Shown here one piece after another: positions 11,536 to 23,375 of a DNA stretch of 64,000 nt (position 1 is its first letter; each line of letters starts with the position of its first letter). The notes below the pieces were generated by a model that saw only the letters and a program-made list of their open reading frames with translations, was not told the DNA's origin and ran no database searches. The position numbers were made by a program, and so were the translations under genes. This DNA is from Selaginella moellendorffii. Taxonomy: Eukaryota > Plantae > Lycopodiophyta. The stretch spans positions 1,307,955 through 1,371,954 of the forward strand of contig NW_003314275.1 of assembly GCF_000143415.4 (NCBI RefSeq), in the 5' to 3' direction.

Positions 11536-12349
11536 AGAAGAATTCGTTCTTGGAGGACTGCTTAAGCTTAAGTGAGATGATAATCCACCATATAAAACAT
11601 CACATTCTTAATGGCTGGAGGGGATCGAACTTGGGACCCTCCACGCCCAGTGACAGTCGGTGAAAAATAATATATTTTTTTTCCACCCATGGTTAAAGTT
11701 TCTCTATTCGGCTGGTGTAAATGCTTGTTCGCGATGGAGTGCGAGTCTTTGGCCCATTAACTTCGCCTGTAGAGCTTTTAAAGGCACAGCTTCCGTATGG
11801 TTCTGCCGTACGCGGTCTGGGCCATGGCTCATTCCGTGCAGCTCTCCTCAGTTTGGCTATGGCGGGTATATCGTGTTTTGCCCACATTTTGGTCCGGAGC
11901 GCGTCCTCTGGCGAGAAAGAGAGAAGCGATAGGGAGGAAGAAAGAGGGACTAGGGATTGAGAGAGAGCTCCTCGGATCACAGCAGCTATGGCGGTCGACG
12001 ACGCGTCTCCGCGAATCGCAAGCGCTGCGGCAACAATGCGGCAGCGGCGGCCGTGAGGTAGGCGGGCACACACACGAAATCCAGCAAGAAGATGCGAGAT
12101 TTCGCGCGGCAAGCTCGTGATTACGCTCGCCAGGATGGAGGTCCGACGATAATCCTTGGAAACGGCCGGGATCTTGAGCGCTGGTGTGGAGTAGCAGTGA
12201 TTTGGATGCTCGAGAGCTGTTCTTGGACGGCATGAGCTGCCGCATTGCCGCGTCCACTGGTGTCGGGACGTGAGGAGGCCGGCCGCGCGAGAGGTGAATG
12301 CAGATCCCTAGCGAGCTCCAATCGCGCGTCTTTGCCGAGATTTGGATCC

Positions 12350-13774
12350 ATGAAGGTCGTCCCAGGCTCCGCCATGCACCGCGGCATCCATTCTATGCAG
12401 GTAGAGTTGCCAAAGCTTTCTTTTGTTCTTGGTACTTGGAGTTTCTTTGGTAGTTCTTGAGTTATTCGTGACGAATTCTTTGGTAGTTCTCGTGACGAAT
12501 TCTTTCTTTTGTCACAGGCTGAGAGCGCGCTGTGCTACTGCGGCGTGGACGCTGGCCTCACCGTCACCAACGCCCGGCGATTCGTGCCGGGGACGCGGCA
12601 CTGCATCCAGCCCGACGTCAAGCCGACAATTGTGATCCCAAAGGCGAGGACGAGGCACTCGAGGGGCGACCGGACCAAGATCCCGTGCCAGCTTATCCCG
12701 GGCCTCCCAGACGACCTCGCCATCGCATGCCTGGTAAGAGTTCCTCGCATCCATCACAGGACTCTCCGGGTGGTTTGCAAGAGGTGGTACAGGCTCCTCG
12801 CCGGCAACTTCTTCTACTCGCAGCGCAAGGCCCTGGGGATGGCCGAGGAGTGGATCTACGTGATCAAACGCGACAGGGACGGGCACATCTCCTGGCACGC
12901 ATTCGATCCTCGCTACCAGCAGTGGCAGCCACTCCCGCCGGTCCCTCTCGAGTACTGCGAGGCGCTGGGCTTCGGCTGCGCGGTGCTCAGCGGCTGCCAC
13001 CTTTACCTCTTCGGAGGCAAAGACCCGGCAAAAGGCTCCATGAGGAGAGTCGTCTACTACAGCGCCCGGACCAACAAGTGGCATCGAGCTCCGGACATGA
13101 ACCGCCGCCGCCACTTCTTCGGCTGCTGCGTGATCAACAACTGCCTCTACGTCGCGGGTGGCGAGTGCGAGGGCGTGCAGCGATCGCTGCGCTCGGCCGA
13201 GGTCTACGACCCGAACAAGAACAGGTGGTCATACATCGCGGACATGAGCACGGCGATGGTTCCGTTCATCGGGGTGGTGTACCACGGGCGGTGGTTTCTC
13301 AAGGGGCTGGGCTCGCACAGGCAGGTGATGAGCGAGGTCTACGTCCCGGCCACGGACAACTGGTCGCCGGTGCTCGACGGGATGGTGTCCGGGTGGAGGA
13401 ACCCGAGCGCCATCTTCAACGGGCAGCTCTACGCGCTCGACTGCCCCGATGGTTGCAAGCTCCGGGTTTACGACGGCGCCGCTGATTCCTGGCACCGCTC
13501 CGTGGACAGCCGGACTCACTTGGGGAACTCGCGGGCGCTGGAGGCGGCGGCGCTGCTGCCGCTGGGGGGGCGGCTGTGCATCATCCGCAACAACATGAGC
13601 ATCACCATGGTGGACGTGGCCAACTCCGAGGACGCGGCGCGGCGCGGCGCGCTCTGGGACACCATCGCCGGCAAGGGGCTGTTCAAGACGTTCGTCACCA
13701 ACTTGTGGTCCAACATCGCGGGGAGGAACCGTCTCAAGAGCCACATTGTCCATTGCCAGGTTCTTCAAGCGTGA
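12350..13774 (+). CDS. F-box/kelch-repeat protein (At1g55270-like class)
   Basis: Exon 1 12350-12400, exon 2 12518-13774. F-box LIPGLPDDLAIACLVRVP; kelch GG..Y..W repeats; C-terminal HIVHCQVLQA. Confidence 0.92.
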
Positions 13775-14380
13775 CTAAACTCTTATGTGCTCGAGCATAT
13801 TCCTTTGCGAGATATGCTCGAGCATATGCTTAAGCATATTTGTTTTTTGCCTGGATATTCTAAGTATATGCGTGAGTATATTCCTAGTGGTGGAGCATAT
13901 TCTTTTAGGGCATTATGATGCTCGGATATTCCTGTGGTTTGAACTTTTGCTACTTAATGGCGCTGCACATGAAATGAACGAACGACTGCTGATAATTGCG
14001 CCACTGACCTTGCGATTCTTTTCTTCCAACAGTCTCTTTCTTTCTTCTTCGTGTCCACCATCTCCACTTTCAACTCGTGACCTTGGCAGCTCGCTTCCAG
14101 CAGCCGAGTTAAAAGTCTTCTCGCCTTTGCAAGCGTAATGTCATGCCGTCCTCTTCTTCGGCATTCTTGGATCGTTCGTTGTTCATAAACTTGCAGCCTG
14201 CCATCCACAACAAAACGAACGAAATCACATCACTGTGGCTTGAAACACTGATAAATGAATGAGAGCGAGCGAACGAACTCCACGACACCGACCTCATAAC
14301 ACCGAACAGTTAGAAGTTGGTGAAGCCGAGCTTGCTCTGCCGAGCTACGTGTTGATGACCGTTGCTTGTAAGTTGTAGTT

Positions 14381-17211
14381 CTACTCTTCGGGGTCTGCGG
14401 AGTAAATGCTCGACAGCACAACGTGAGCCGAGGAGCTCCTGGGATCCATCTCCATAATCCCCTCTGCCGCTCGCCTCCCGCGCTGTACATCGCCGTGGCT
14501 CTTGCAAGAGCTCAGCAGCGAAGTGAGCGTCTCGATCGCTGGCCGGGTGCCGAGCGACTGTATAAACTCCTCGGCCTCTTGCAGCTTCCCTGCTCGTCCC
14601 AGGAGATCTATGACGCAAGCGTAGTTGTCCTGCGTTGGCTCGAGGCCCAGCTCGACCATGCTCGCGTACGCGTAGACGCCCTCGTCGAGCAAGCCCCCGT
14701 GGCTACAGACGCTCAAGATGCAGACGAAGGTGACGGGGTCGGGAGTTACGCCTTCCTGTTGCATCCGGTGGAAAAGTTCCACGGCGTCTCTGGTCTGGCC
14801 GTGCTGAGCATACCCCGAGATGATGGCGTTCCAGCAGATGATGTCCTGCCGACGGGACGTCTCGAAGACCTCTCTCGCACAGTCCAGGCTGCCGCACTTT
14901 CCATACATGGTGACGAGCGAATTCGTGACGGTGGCAGCCTCGGTGTCGAATCTTCTCTCTCTCACGTATGAGTGGATTCGTTTGCCTTCTCGGAGGTCGG
15001 CGAGGTTGGAGCATGCACTTAGAGTCGATGCAAACGTTGCCGGGGACATGTCTAGTCCTTGCTGCTGCATGAACCGCAAGTGCTGGAGTCCTTCCCTGTC
15101 TTGCCCGTGCTGGACGAATGCCGCAATCATTGCCGACCAAGTTACGTGATTCTTCCGAACTTCTGTGTCGTCGAAGCATGCCTTTGCGTCTCGGATCGAG
15201 CCACACCTTCCGTACATGGCAACCAAGGCACTCCCCAGCGACACGTCGGTGTCGTTCCCGCTCTGAACAGCACAGGAGTGGACCAGCCTCCCTTTGCCCA
15301 GGGCCTCCGCACCGACACACGCGTCCAGCGCCTCAAGAAAGGTGATGCACGTCGGCTTCACCCCGCTGAGATGGATGGCGTGGAAGAGGAGCAGCGCCAT
15401 GTCTTGCCTGTTCTGCCGCGAGTACGCCGTGAGCATTGCCGTCCAGCTGATGACATTACGCTGGAGGATCCCGTCGAAGACCATCTCCGCTTGTTCCACT
15501 TCTCCACACCTGCCGTACATGTTTAGGAGTGAGTTCCACAGGATTAAGTCCGCCTCGCACCTGCCTTCCGCTATCCAGCCGTGTACCTTTCTTCCCAGCT
15601 TGAGATCGGCCGAGCCGGTGCATACGTTTAGAAGACCAACACACGTAACGTTGTCCGGCTTTACACCATCGAGCTGCATGTACTCCGTGATTTGCACTGC
15701 TTTCCTTCCCAGACCGTGCTTGGCATACGCTGTCACCATGACGTTCCAGGAGATCACGTTGCGCTGCGGCATTTTCTCGAACAGCCAGCGTGTATCTTCC
15801 AGGCTCTCGCACTTGGAGTACATCGCCACAAGCGCTGTCCCCAGAGCGATGTTGATGGACACTCCGCTCTCTACAATATGAGAATGGACGAGTTTAACAT
15901 CCGTTAGAGCTTCTGGTCCATTGGACATCGTAAGGAGCGCAACAAAGGTTACCTTGTCTGGCTTACAGCCCTCTTGTAGCATAAGCTGGTAGAGCAGCAC
16001 AGCCTCCTCGACATGCCCGTGCTGGCCATACTCCGTAATGAGAGCGTTCCAGGCGATTATATCTCGCTCCACCATGCTGGAAAAGATGGCGCGCGCGTCC
16101 TCCAGCCGTCCGCATCTTCCATACATCGTGATCAGCGCATTGCAAAGAGGAGTTTCCATAGCACTAGAACTCTCCACACTACGCATGTGTAAGATTATGC
16201 CCACCTCTAGAAACTCCGGTTTGGAGCAAGCCTGGACGAGCGTCACGTACGTCACGAAGTTGGACTTAAACCCCTCGAGCTCCATCAGCCGGAACACCTT
16301 GAAAGCTTGCTCGAGACTGGTCTCGGCATGAGCCCCGATCATCGCAGTCCAGGTGATGACATTCCTGGCCGGCATTGCATCGAAAACTCTCTTGGCATCG
16401 TCGACGCTCCCGCAGCTCCCATACATGCTGACAAGAGCATTTTCCAGGATTAAGTCACACTGGTGTCCACTCTGAGCGATCAAGCCGTGAATGAGCTTAC
16501 CGGCGGGGAGAGCTTGCGAGGTCTCACAGGACGTGAGCGCCGCGAGCAGCGTGATGTTGTCTGGTTTCACACCCTCCAGCAGCATTTGCCTGAGCAAGAT
16601 AATCGCAAGTGAGTGACAGTGGTGGTGAGCACATACCCCGATGATCGCAGTCCATGTGTAAACGTTCTTGTAGCTCATGCGCTCGAAAGTTTCCCATGCA
16701 TCGTCCAGGCTGTGGCATTTCCCATAGGTGTGGATGAGATGGTTGCCGAGGAAGACGCGGTTGTCCAGCGACGCTCTCACGATCTGTGAGTGGAGGCGTC
16801 GAGCAATGTCCAAAGCTTTGAGCTTGGGACATGCCTGGAGGAGACGCACGTACTCGACGTCCGCGACGTATCTCTTCTTCTGCTCGATTTCCAGCTGCTC
16901 TACAAGCTCCTCCAATCGAGCCCTGCTCGTAATCGCGCTTTGTTGCTGGGAGTGGAGATTCTCAATCTCGTCTTGGTTGATTCTAGCCTCGTTCTTGGAA
17001 ATATCTTGATCTGACAGAGAATGCGAGGAAGATAGTGATCCAAGTCGAAGAACAGGAGGAGGTTCTTGAGCTCCAGCCAATGTAGAGCAATCGCGCGCGT
17101 ACTTGGAAGCGGCTGGAGAACAAATCGGCAATGCGGGATGATATTTTGATACTGCGATCGCTTACCTCGAAGATTTCTTCGCGATCGCCACGGGATTTGG
17201 CGGAACAACAT
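14381..17211 (-). CDS. PLS-class PPR protein with truncated E domain, predicted mitochondrial
   Basis: P-L-S triplets (ALVSMYGSCGSVDDA, NVITWTAMI) ending LLSSCKSHGD...HVVLSSIYS. A 53-nt GT-AG intron (17113-17165) joins the Arg-rich presequence MLFRQIPWRSRRNLRAASKY in frame. Confidence 0.9.
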
Positions 17212-18085
17212 CACCGCGATCCATAAACCCTAGCCCCTGGAAAATTAGGGTTCTTAGGCATAATGGCGGAAGAATGGATTCAAAGACGGCGAGAAGGCGA
17301 ACGAGAGAGACGAGGTTCGTTCGATCGATCGCTCGCTGCATTGCATGTATTACCATAGATTCTCGATCTTCTGGTGGCGCTGTGGCGCGGCGTCTTTCTT
17401 GATCAGGAAATCGCGCCATTTTTCCCTCAGACAGATTTGCTTAGAATTTTAGTGATCGCTTCATTGCTCGAACCGAATTGGTTCTCCATTCTTTCTTTCA
17501 GCTTAGATTGATGCTTGATTGCTCCTCTTTCTTTCTCGATCGAGAAAACACGCACATTTTTCTCTCTTCCTTTTCTGCCAAACTCGAAACTTTTTCTCTG
17601 TGTGTGTGCTCTTTCACTTTTGACAACGTATGGACAAGATTTGCAATCCAAGCCGATCGGCTGTCTCCATCGCAAATTAATTGTCGTCTCTAGTGTCCCA
17701 CTTGGCCTGTTGGATCACTTGATTTCCTTGCCTACCTGCTTCTTTCTCATGGACAAGAATAATCTTGCAAAGAACTAATCTTCTCTGTTTCTTTTCTTCT
17801 TTTGTTTTCTCTTCTGATTTTGTCCTATCTTTTTTGTTCTTCAGGAAGCGAAAATTTCTCCTGATGTTGCTGGCTGCTGCTGCTGCTTGACTGTGGTGTA
17901 CTGAATTCGAATCCATCCAAGAATTCTTCTTCGCTGGCTGCTGGCATGATGCTAGCTCCATAAAAACGATCCGAACCTCTGTGGCTCCTGTACAAGCGAC
18001 TGGAAGTCTATATGATAGAGTAAGCTCTCCTTTTCGCTTTCTTTTCTTCTTTGCCTCTATAAGCTCATCCTGTTTTTCTTCGCAG

Positions 18086-18743
18086 CTAATGGCTGTGCGG
18101 TGGATGAGTTCTAACCTTCGCGTAGTCGGCATGAAAAGTCATCTCCTCGCTACCGACGGAGTCGTCATCGTTGTCGCCACCATGATCCTCCTGACGTCCG
18201 CTAGTACTTGCTTTGGCGTCTACTTCATGAATAGGAGGAGCGACCGGAGGTGCGGCATATGCATTGAGAGCTTTATGATTTTTATGAGGGTGATGGTGAT
18301 GGTGGTGATGTTTTTGTTGATCCAGGTGGATTGAACTTGATGCTCCTCGCGGCATCTTGGCCTTGAATTGTTCTAGCTGCCGGTCGTTGGAGTCTAGTGC
18401 TACAACCTGCATAGGAGCGCCTTTAGCATCTATTATGACTCGGAGAAGCCTGGGAAGAGCGGAATTGAGGAGCTACCTCGTCATGAGATGGTGGTGATGG
18501 TGTTCTCGCACTCGTGCTCGTGGAAAACCGAGCCACCTTTGGGAGAGAACCTTCGCCCTTTGGTGGAGAATCTGCACAGGGAATTTCGTCCGTCTTTTGT
18601 TCTCTTTTTGTCTTAAAACCAGTGATTGCTTTACCTCTGCTTTCCAGGATCCGAGCGCAGCAACTTGGATGCAGCATGTTGATCAACGCGACGAGCAGCA
18701 AGCAGCAACCGAGGCAAGTCTCTAGTCTGACGATTCCGAGCAT
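18086..18743 (-). CDS. Secreted small-peptide precursor, RGF/GOLVEN/CLEL family-like
   Basis: Three phase-compatible exons (18743-18635, 18571-18477, 18406-18086); signal peptide; low-complexity prodomain; C-terminal 13-mer DYAKVRTHPPHSH followed by a stop. Confidence 0.8.
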
Positions 18744-19020
18744 AATTCTTCACCCGTGAAATATCCAGGCGGCGCCAAGTAAAATTGGAGTACCAGAGCC
18801 GAGCACCGACCGGGGCTACAAACAATCAAAATGCTGCTTCGACAACTTAAAGCTGCCTGGACCACAAAACGGGATTGTGAGCTGCGCGGCAAAACAAACA
18901 AGCCGAGCGGAGAGATGCGGGAGGGAGGAGCAATGCAAGTGATACACGGGAGGCAAATAAATGGGATATACAAATGGCGAGCGGGCGAGCCGACGTAAGA
19001 AAAGAAGCGTGAGGTAAGCC

Positions 19021-19043
19021 GAGAGAGAGAGAGAGAGAGAGAG
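19021..19043. repeat. (GA)n microsatellite upstream of the peptide gene
   Basis: About 11 GA units. Confidence 0.9.
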
Positions 19044-20301
19044 CTCTCACAGCACACCGGCCAAATAAATGAGGCTCTCTCGGAGGAGAAGATGGCCGCA
19101 ACAAACAGGGCGGGGTTACGCTAAAAACTTTGATATCGAGGCCAAGGAGGATGGGCTGATTTGTTTTTAAGGGGAGGCTGGGCAGACAGAGAAGGCCACC
19201 GGGGTCCCACGATTTGAGGAAAATGGAAGACAAGTTCGGCACGGTTTGGCAGACACAAAGTAAAAAGTCCGGGTCAGGACGGGAGCAGCAAACCAAAGTT
19301 TAATCTTTTATTGGTGAAGCGGCGGCAGCACTTGGTATGCACCACCCAACACTCCTCTACGCTTACGCGACGACGAACTACATGGCATTCACCCGAGACA
19401 CACAGGTATGCTCTTCTTTTCGGTGGAGTTTAGCTTTCACTTGCTTTTTCCTGTTCCAGTTTTGCAAGCGAGAAGAAGGACCGCGATGATTTGGACAAGG
19501 ACAAGCAAGAGCAGGCTTAAAAAACTCCCTCGGCCCCCTCGCTTGCTTGCTAGCTAGCACAGCATTCCTCTTTCGCCATCGACACGAAAACTGGGGCAGA
19601 GCAAAAGGAAAAAAAGGTAAAGGTTTTTTAACGGTGGATCGCTGCTTTTATATTTCGGGTCTCTGGAGCAGCACTCCCAACTGACAGGCATGGCCTTGAA
19701 GAGCGTACGAAAGAAGCAATTTTTTGGCGGGGATGATTGGGATAGTTGGACACGAAGGTTGCTCTTCACGGTGCTTTGCTTTGAATGGGAGCGAAGCTCG
19801 AGACAAATGGGAAGACAGGGACACGAGCGGCGCAGGCAGTGTGACCACTGCCACCACCAGCGCCACACGCACAGACTGGAAGCGAGCGATCGATCAGACA
19901 AGGACGAGGGGACTTCGAAAGTAAACTTTGTGGAGCCTTGTCCTCGCTTGATCAGTGCCGCTGCTACTTGTATGAAGAACAACGGGGTCCAGATCGCGAG
20001 GAACGAAGCAAAGTCAGTGTGCTGTGCTTGACAGATCGATTCGACCGGCTGAAAATCGGGCCGGGAAGAGGAGTCAATCAGCTCGATCCAAGCGATCGAA
20101 AGAGATATGAAGCGAAGCTGTCTCCACAACAACACACACAGCGCATTGATCATCCACTCTTGAAGTGCCTCGCAAGGTTTCTTTTTTTTCCCAGATCGAT
20201 CGAGCGTGGATCTTTACTGTCAGTGGACTCACCACGCGAAAAAATCCCAGAAAATGGGGTGTCGTTGACTTTTGTCCGGTCAAGTCAATGGTCGCCCCCT
20301 C

Positions 20302-20379
20302 CACGTGGCCAGACGATTTTAAGTTTCTGTCGCGACATAGCCGACAAGGGGCCAGCGGCTGTCGGGTCGGCCGGGGACA
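20302..20379. promoter_or_regulatory. Candidate composite auxin-response module (G-box plus paired ARF sites)
   Basis: CACGTG at 20302; TGTCGC(20328)-N7-CCGACA(20341); CCGACA(20341)-N13-TGTCGG(20360); further GACA half-sites. Confidence 0.55.
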
Positions 20380-21668
20380 CCGGGAGAATTCCGTACAGTT
20401 GATCATGCGGCGGGAAGAATTGACGAACAGCCAACGAAAGACCTCAAGTTTTATAAGCAAAGAGGAAATATCCTTTCGATCGATTGGTTGATCTTAGGAA
20501 AAAAAAAAAGAAGAGAGAACATTGAGAGAAAGAATCTAGGCACACCATTATTGATTTCTGGTGTTCCTCTTGGTGGTTTTCTCTCTGCAGCTGTTGGGAA
20601 AGAAAGCAAGAGAGAAAAAAAAAAAGTGAGAGAGATCGCCTGACTCACAGAGCTTGTCAATTGGACCAAAAAATCGATGATTTCTCCACAGAGAATCTCG
20701 CTCGTACGCTGTGGTACGCAAAGCTGTGTGAGCGAGCCCCTGTTTGGTGACTGAAAGGATTGACAGTGCCTGACAAACGCTCCTCCTCACGTACTCTATC
20801 TGATTTTTGATAGGATGGACAGTGTATCCCAAAATCTATCAATCCATCCTATCAAGTGCTTTCTCATCGATTCCTGGCAGTCGATCCAGACACCCCCAGC
20901 TCTCGATCTTCCTGGTTTGCCTTCGCTTCTTTTTTCTCTTCCAGAAACTACTCGAACGAATCTTTCACGTCGAAGATGGATCTCGCCTTCCTTCCCAGCC
21001 CAGACAGCCAGTCCATAAACTAAGCGTTTCTTTCTCTCCAGAGCCGCACCGACAAAGCCCACCCGGTACCCATGAAGATTCTACGTGCATGCACACGGGG
21101 CATACTTCCATTCCTGACACAAATCTCCTGTTTTGCTTCACAAGCTTTTTCCCCCCCTGTTACTTTTTCTAGACTGCTCCACCATTTTCCAAGCCCCCGA
21201 AGATCTGCCTGGAACAAAAAATCCAGGCTGCACTAATGTCCAAGCTCAATATCCCACCAGCGAATTCTCGATACTTTCACCTGTTTAAGAGCGGGAACCT
21301 TTTTCTCAACCCCACCAGATCCGTCAAAAGCGATGCCAACTTCCGCCACTTCTACCAATGGGTAGCATGATGTCCTGCGTGCGCGCGCTTTTAACAGTAG
21401 AGTTCCACCTAAAGCCACGTTTCCTGCTACTGGTGACTCAAAGTTTCCCCCGACAGATCTGTAGTCTTTGTTGGCCACTCATATGTCAAGCATTCGGCTT
21501 TTCCCGCGTCCCGGAGTAATTTCTTTTTGACTTTTTCCCTCGAACTATGTGTTTCTAGCTTGTTCAGAACAGCAAGGCGTCCTGTCTCAAAGCTCCAGTC
21601 AGCAAGAGCCAGCCCAGGAAAGTAGAACAACTGACTTACGCAAACGAGCGGCGCGTCGGCTCCATCGA

Positions 21669-23254
21669 TCATTCTCCTCGCTTGGCAGCCCAGGCTATGT
21701 AATTGACGCTCAAGTCATCGGCTAAACGCCAGGTTTGCTTCAGCGGGTCGTAGAACATGCCTGTCATCTCCTCGAGCTGCAAGTTTGGTAGTGTCAGGAG
21801 CGTACAAGTTGGAAAACAAGATTAACCAGAGCTCGTACAGTTAGCGACGCACGTTCCATAAGTAACGCAACCTCCTCTGGGGTCAGAAACTTAGACCAAT
21901 CATGGGTCCCTTTCGGGAGCTGCAGAGGTTACGCAATAGGAGCAGAAAACGTAAGTTGTAACAGCTTTTCTACAGAAAAATCACAAAACAATACCCAGCC
22001 CAGTATGTATTCCGCTGCGAAAATTGCAAGGCTATATGATGTAGGTGATCGATTGAGCGTGGAAATAACTACGGCACCATCCTGCTTGGTCAGCAACGAC
22101 AGGGACTGGAGGAAGTCCATTGGATCAGCGACATGCTCTATGACCTGCATAAATGCCGTAACATGAGATTTAAATTCCAAATGATCAGGACAACGTGATC
22201 CAGAAGATAAATAATTCAAGACTCATCGTTTTGCGTACCTCAAGAGCGGCGACAATATCAAATTGCTGCTTCTCCTGTACGAGCTGCTCTGCAAGTTTCA
22301 GAAAATCAATTATCAAACAGGATGGACTCATGCTGCAATGAAGAACCTGCTGTGGTATGCTGGTACACAATCGTAGCAGTCAAAGGATCCTTTGCCTAAG
22401 AAAGAGAAAAAATGAAACACAGCTAATCAAATCCGTATGGAATCAACTCACGGCGTGTAGCTTTGCAACTTCGATGTTCTCTTCCACGGCGTCGATTCCA
22501 GTCACGTGAGCACCCATTCGTGCTAAAGGCTAGAAAACTCCCAGTGAGTATAAGCAACGGTGTTTTCCCGTTATACTAAAGACTTACTTCGCACAGAAGC
22601 CCGCCACCACATCCTACATCTAAGATCGTCAAGCCATCCAAAGGCCGCGGAGAAATGGGATCCTTCCTGATTAAAAACCTTTTATAAGAACGGAAGAAAG
22701 AAGAACAAACTCGAAAGGAATAGAAAAATAGAACTTCGGGAAGAGAAAATCAATAGAAGAGAAAAAGAACTTCAAGAACAGAGCAAACCTTTTAGAAGAA
22801 TCGAAGAAAGAAAGAAAAACAAACTCGAAAGGAATGAGAAAAAAAGAACATCGAGAACAGAGAAGAGAGAAAGAACTTCAAGAATAGAGAAGAACGAAGA
22901 AACGTACTTAAAATGCCGGCACATCCCCGAGCGAAGGAACAAGAGCCTGACGGGATTCATGGCGTGCAAAGGTTTAAACGGTCCAAGCTCGTCCCACCTA
23001 GAAGAAAGAACGATCTTCAAAAGAAAGAGAAAAATCTCTAGACCTTCTAAGCGAAGAACTCACCATGTTCCAGAAAGAGCAGCGAATTTGGCGGATTCTT
23101 GCGCATCAACAGAGCTCTTCGTGCTAGAACTCCCACGATCGCCACGATATTTCCCAGCCGTAGGGCCGTGATCGCGAGCGTCTGGATTGCTTCGAAGATT
23201 TACCTGCGTCGAGAAGTGCCTAAGTCTCGAGAGCCTCCTCAGCGCTAGCGCCAT
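21669..23254 (-). CDS. COQ3: Mitochondrial ubiquinone biosynthesis O-methyltransferase
   Basis: Presequence; [18 protein letters not shown]; SAM motif [13 protein letters not shown]; EVIEHV; [11 protein letters not shown]; multiple short introns. Confidence 0.95.
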
Positions 23255-23375
23255 AGAAAATATGAACCCTAAAATCTATAATTTCGCTAGAACCCTAGCA
23301 ATGTAGCTTCTCGGATCGATCGATAGCGAAGGTACGCATTTCCAGCAAAATCGTGGCGATCGCGCGCGATTTACC

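Noticed and set aside
13950-14300. Small gene between the F-box/kelch and PPR 3' ends
   Set aside because: No recognisable product or consistent exon model.
12512-16832. Long antisense and alternate-frame ORFs over kelch and PPR (likewise over the P-class PPR, CHX and MCTP)
   Set aside because: Shadow ORFs expected from high GC3 codon usage.
18800-21660. Small ORFs or a miRNA in the long intergenic region
   Set aside because: No recognisable protein, conserved miRNA sequence or long hairpin seen by eye; a folding scan would be needed.
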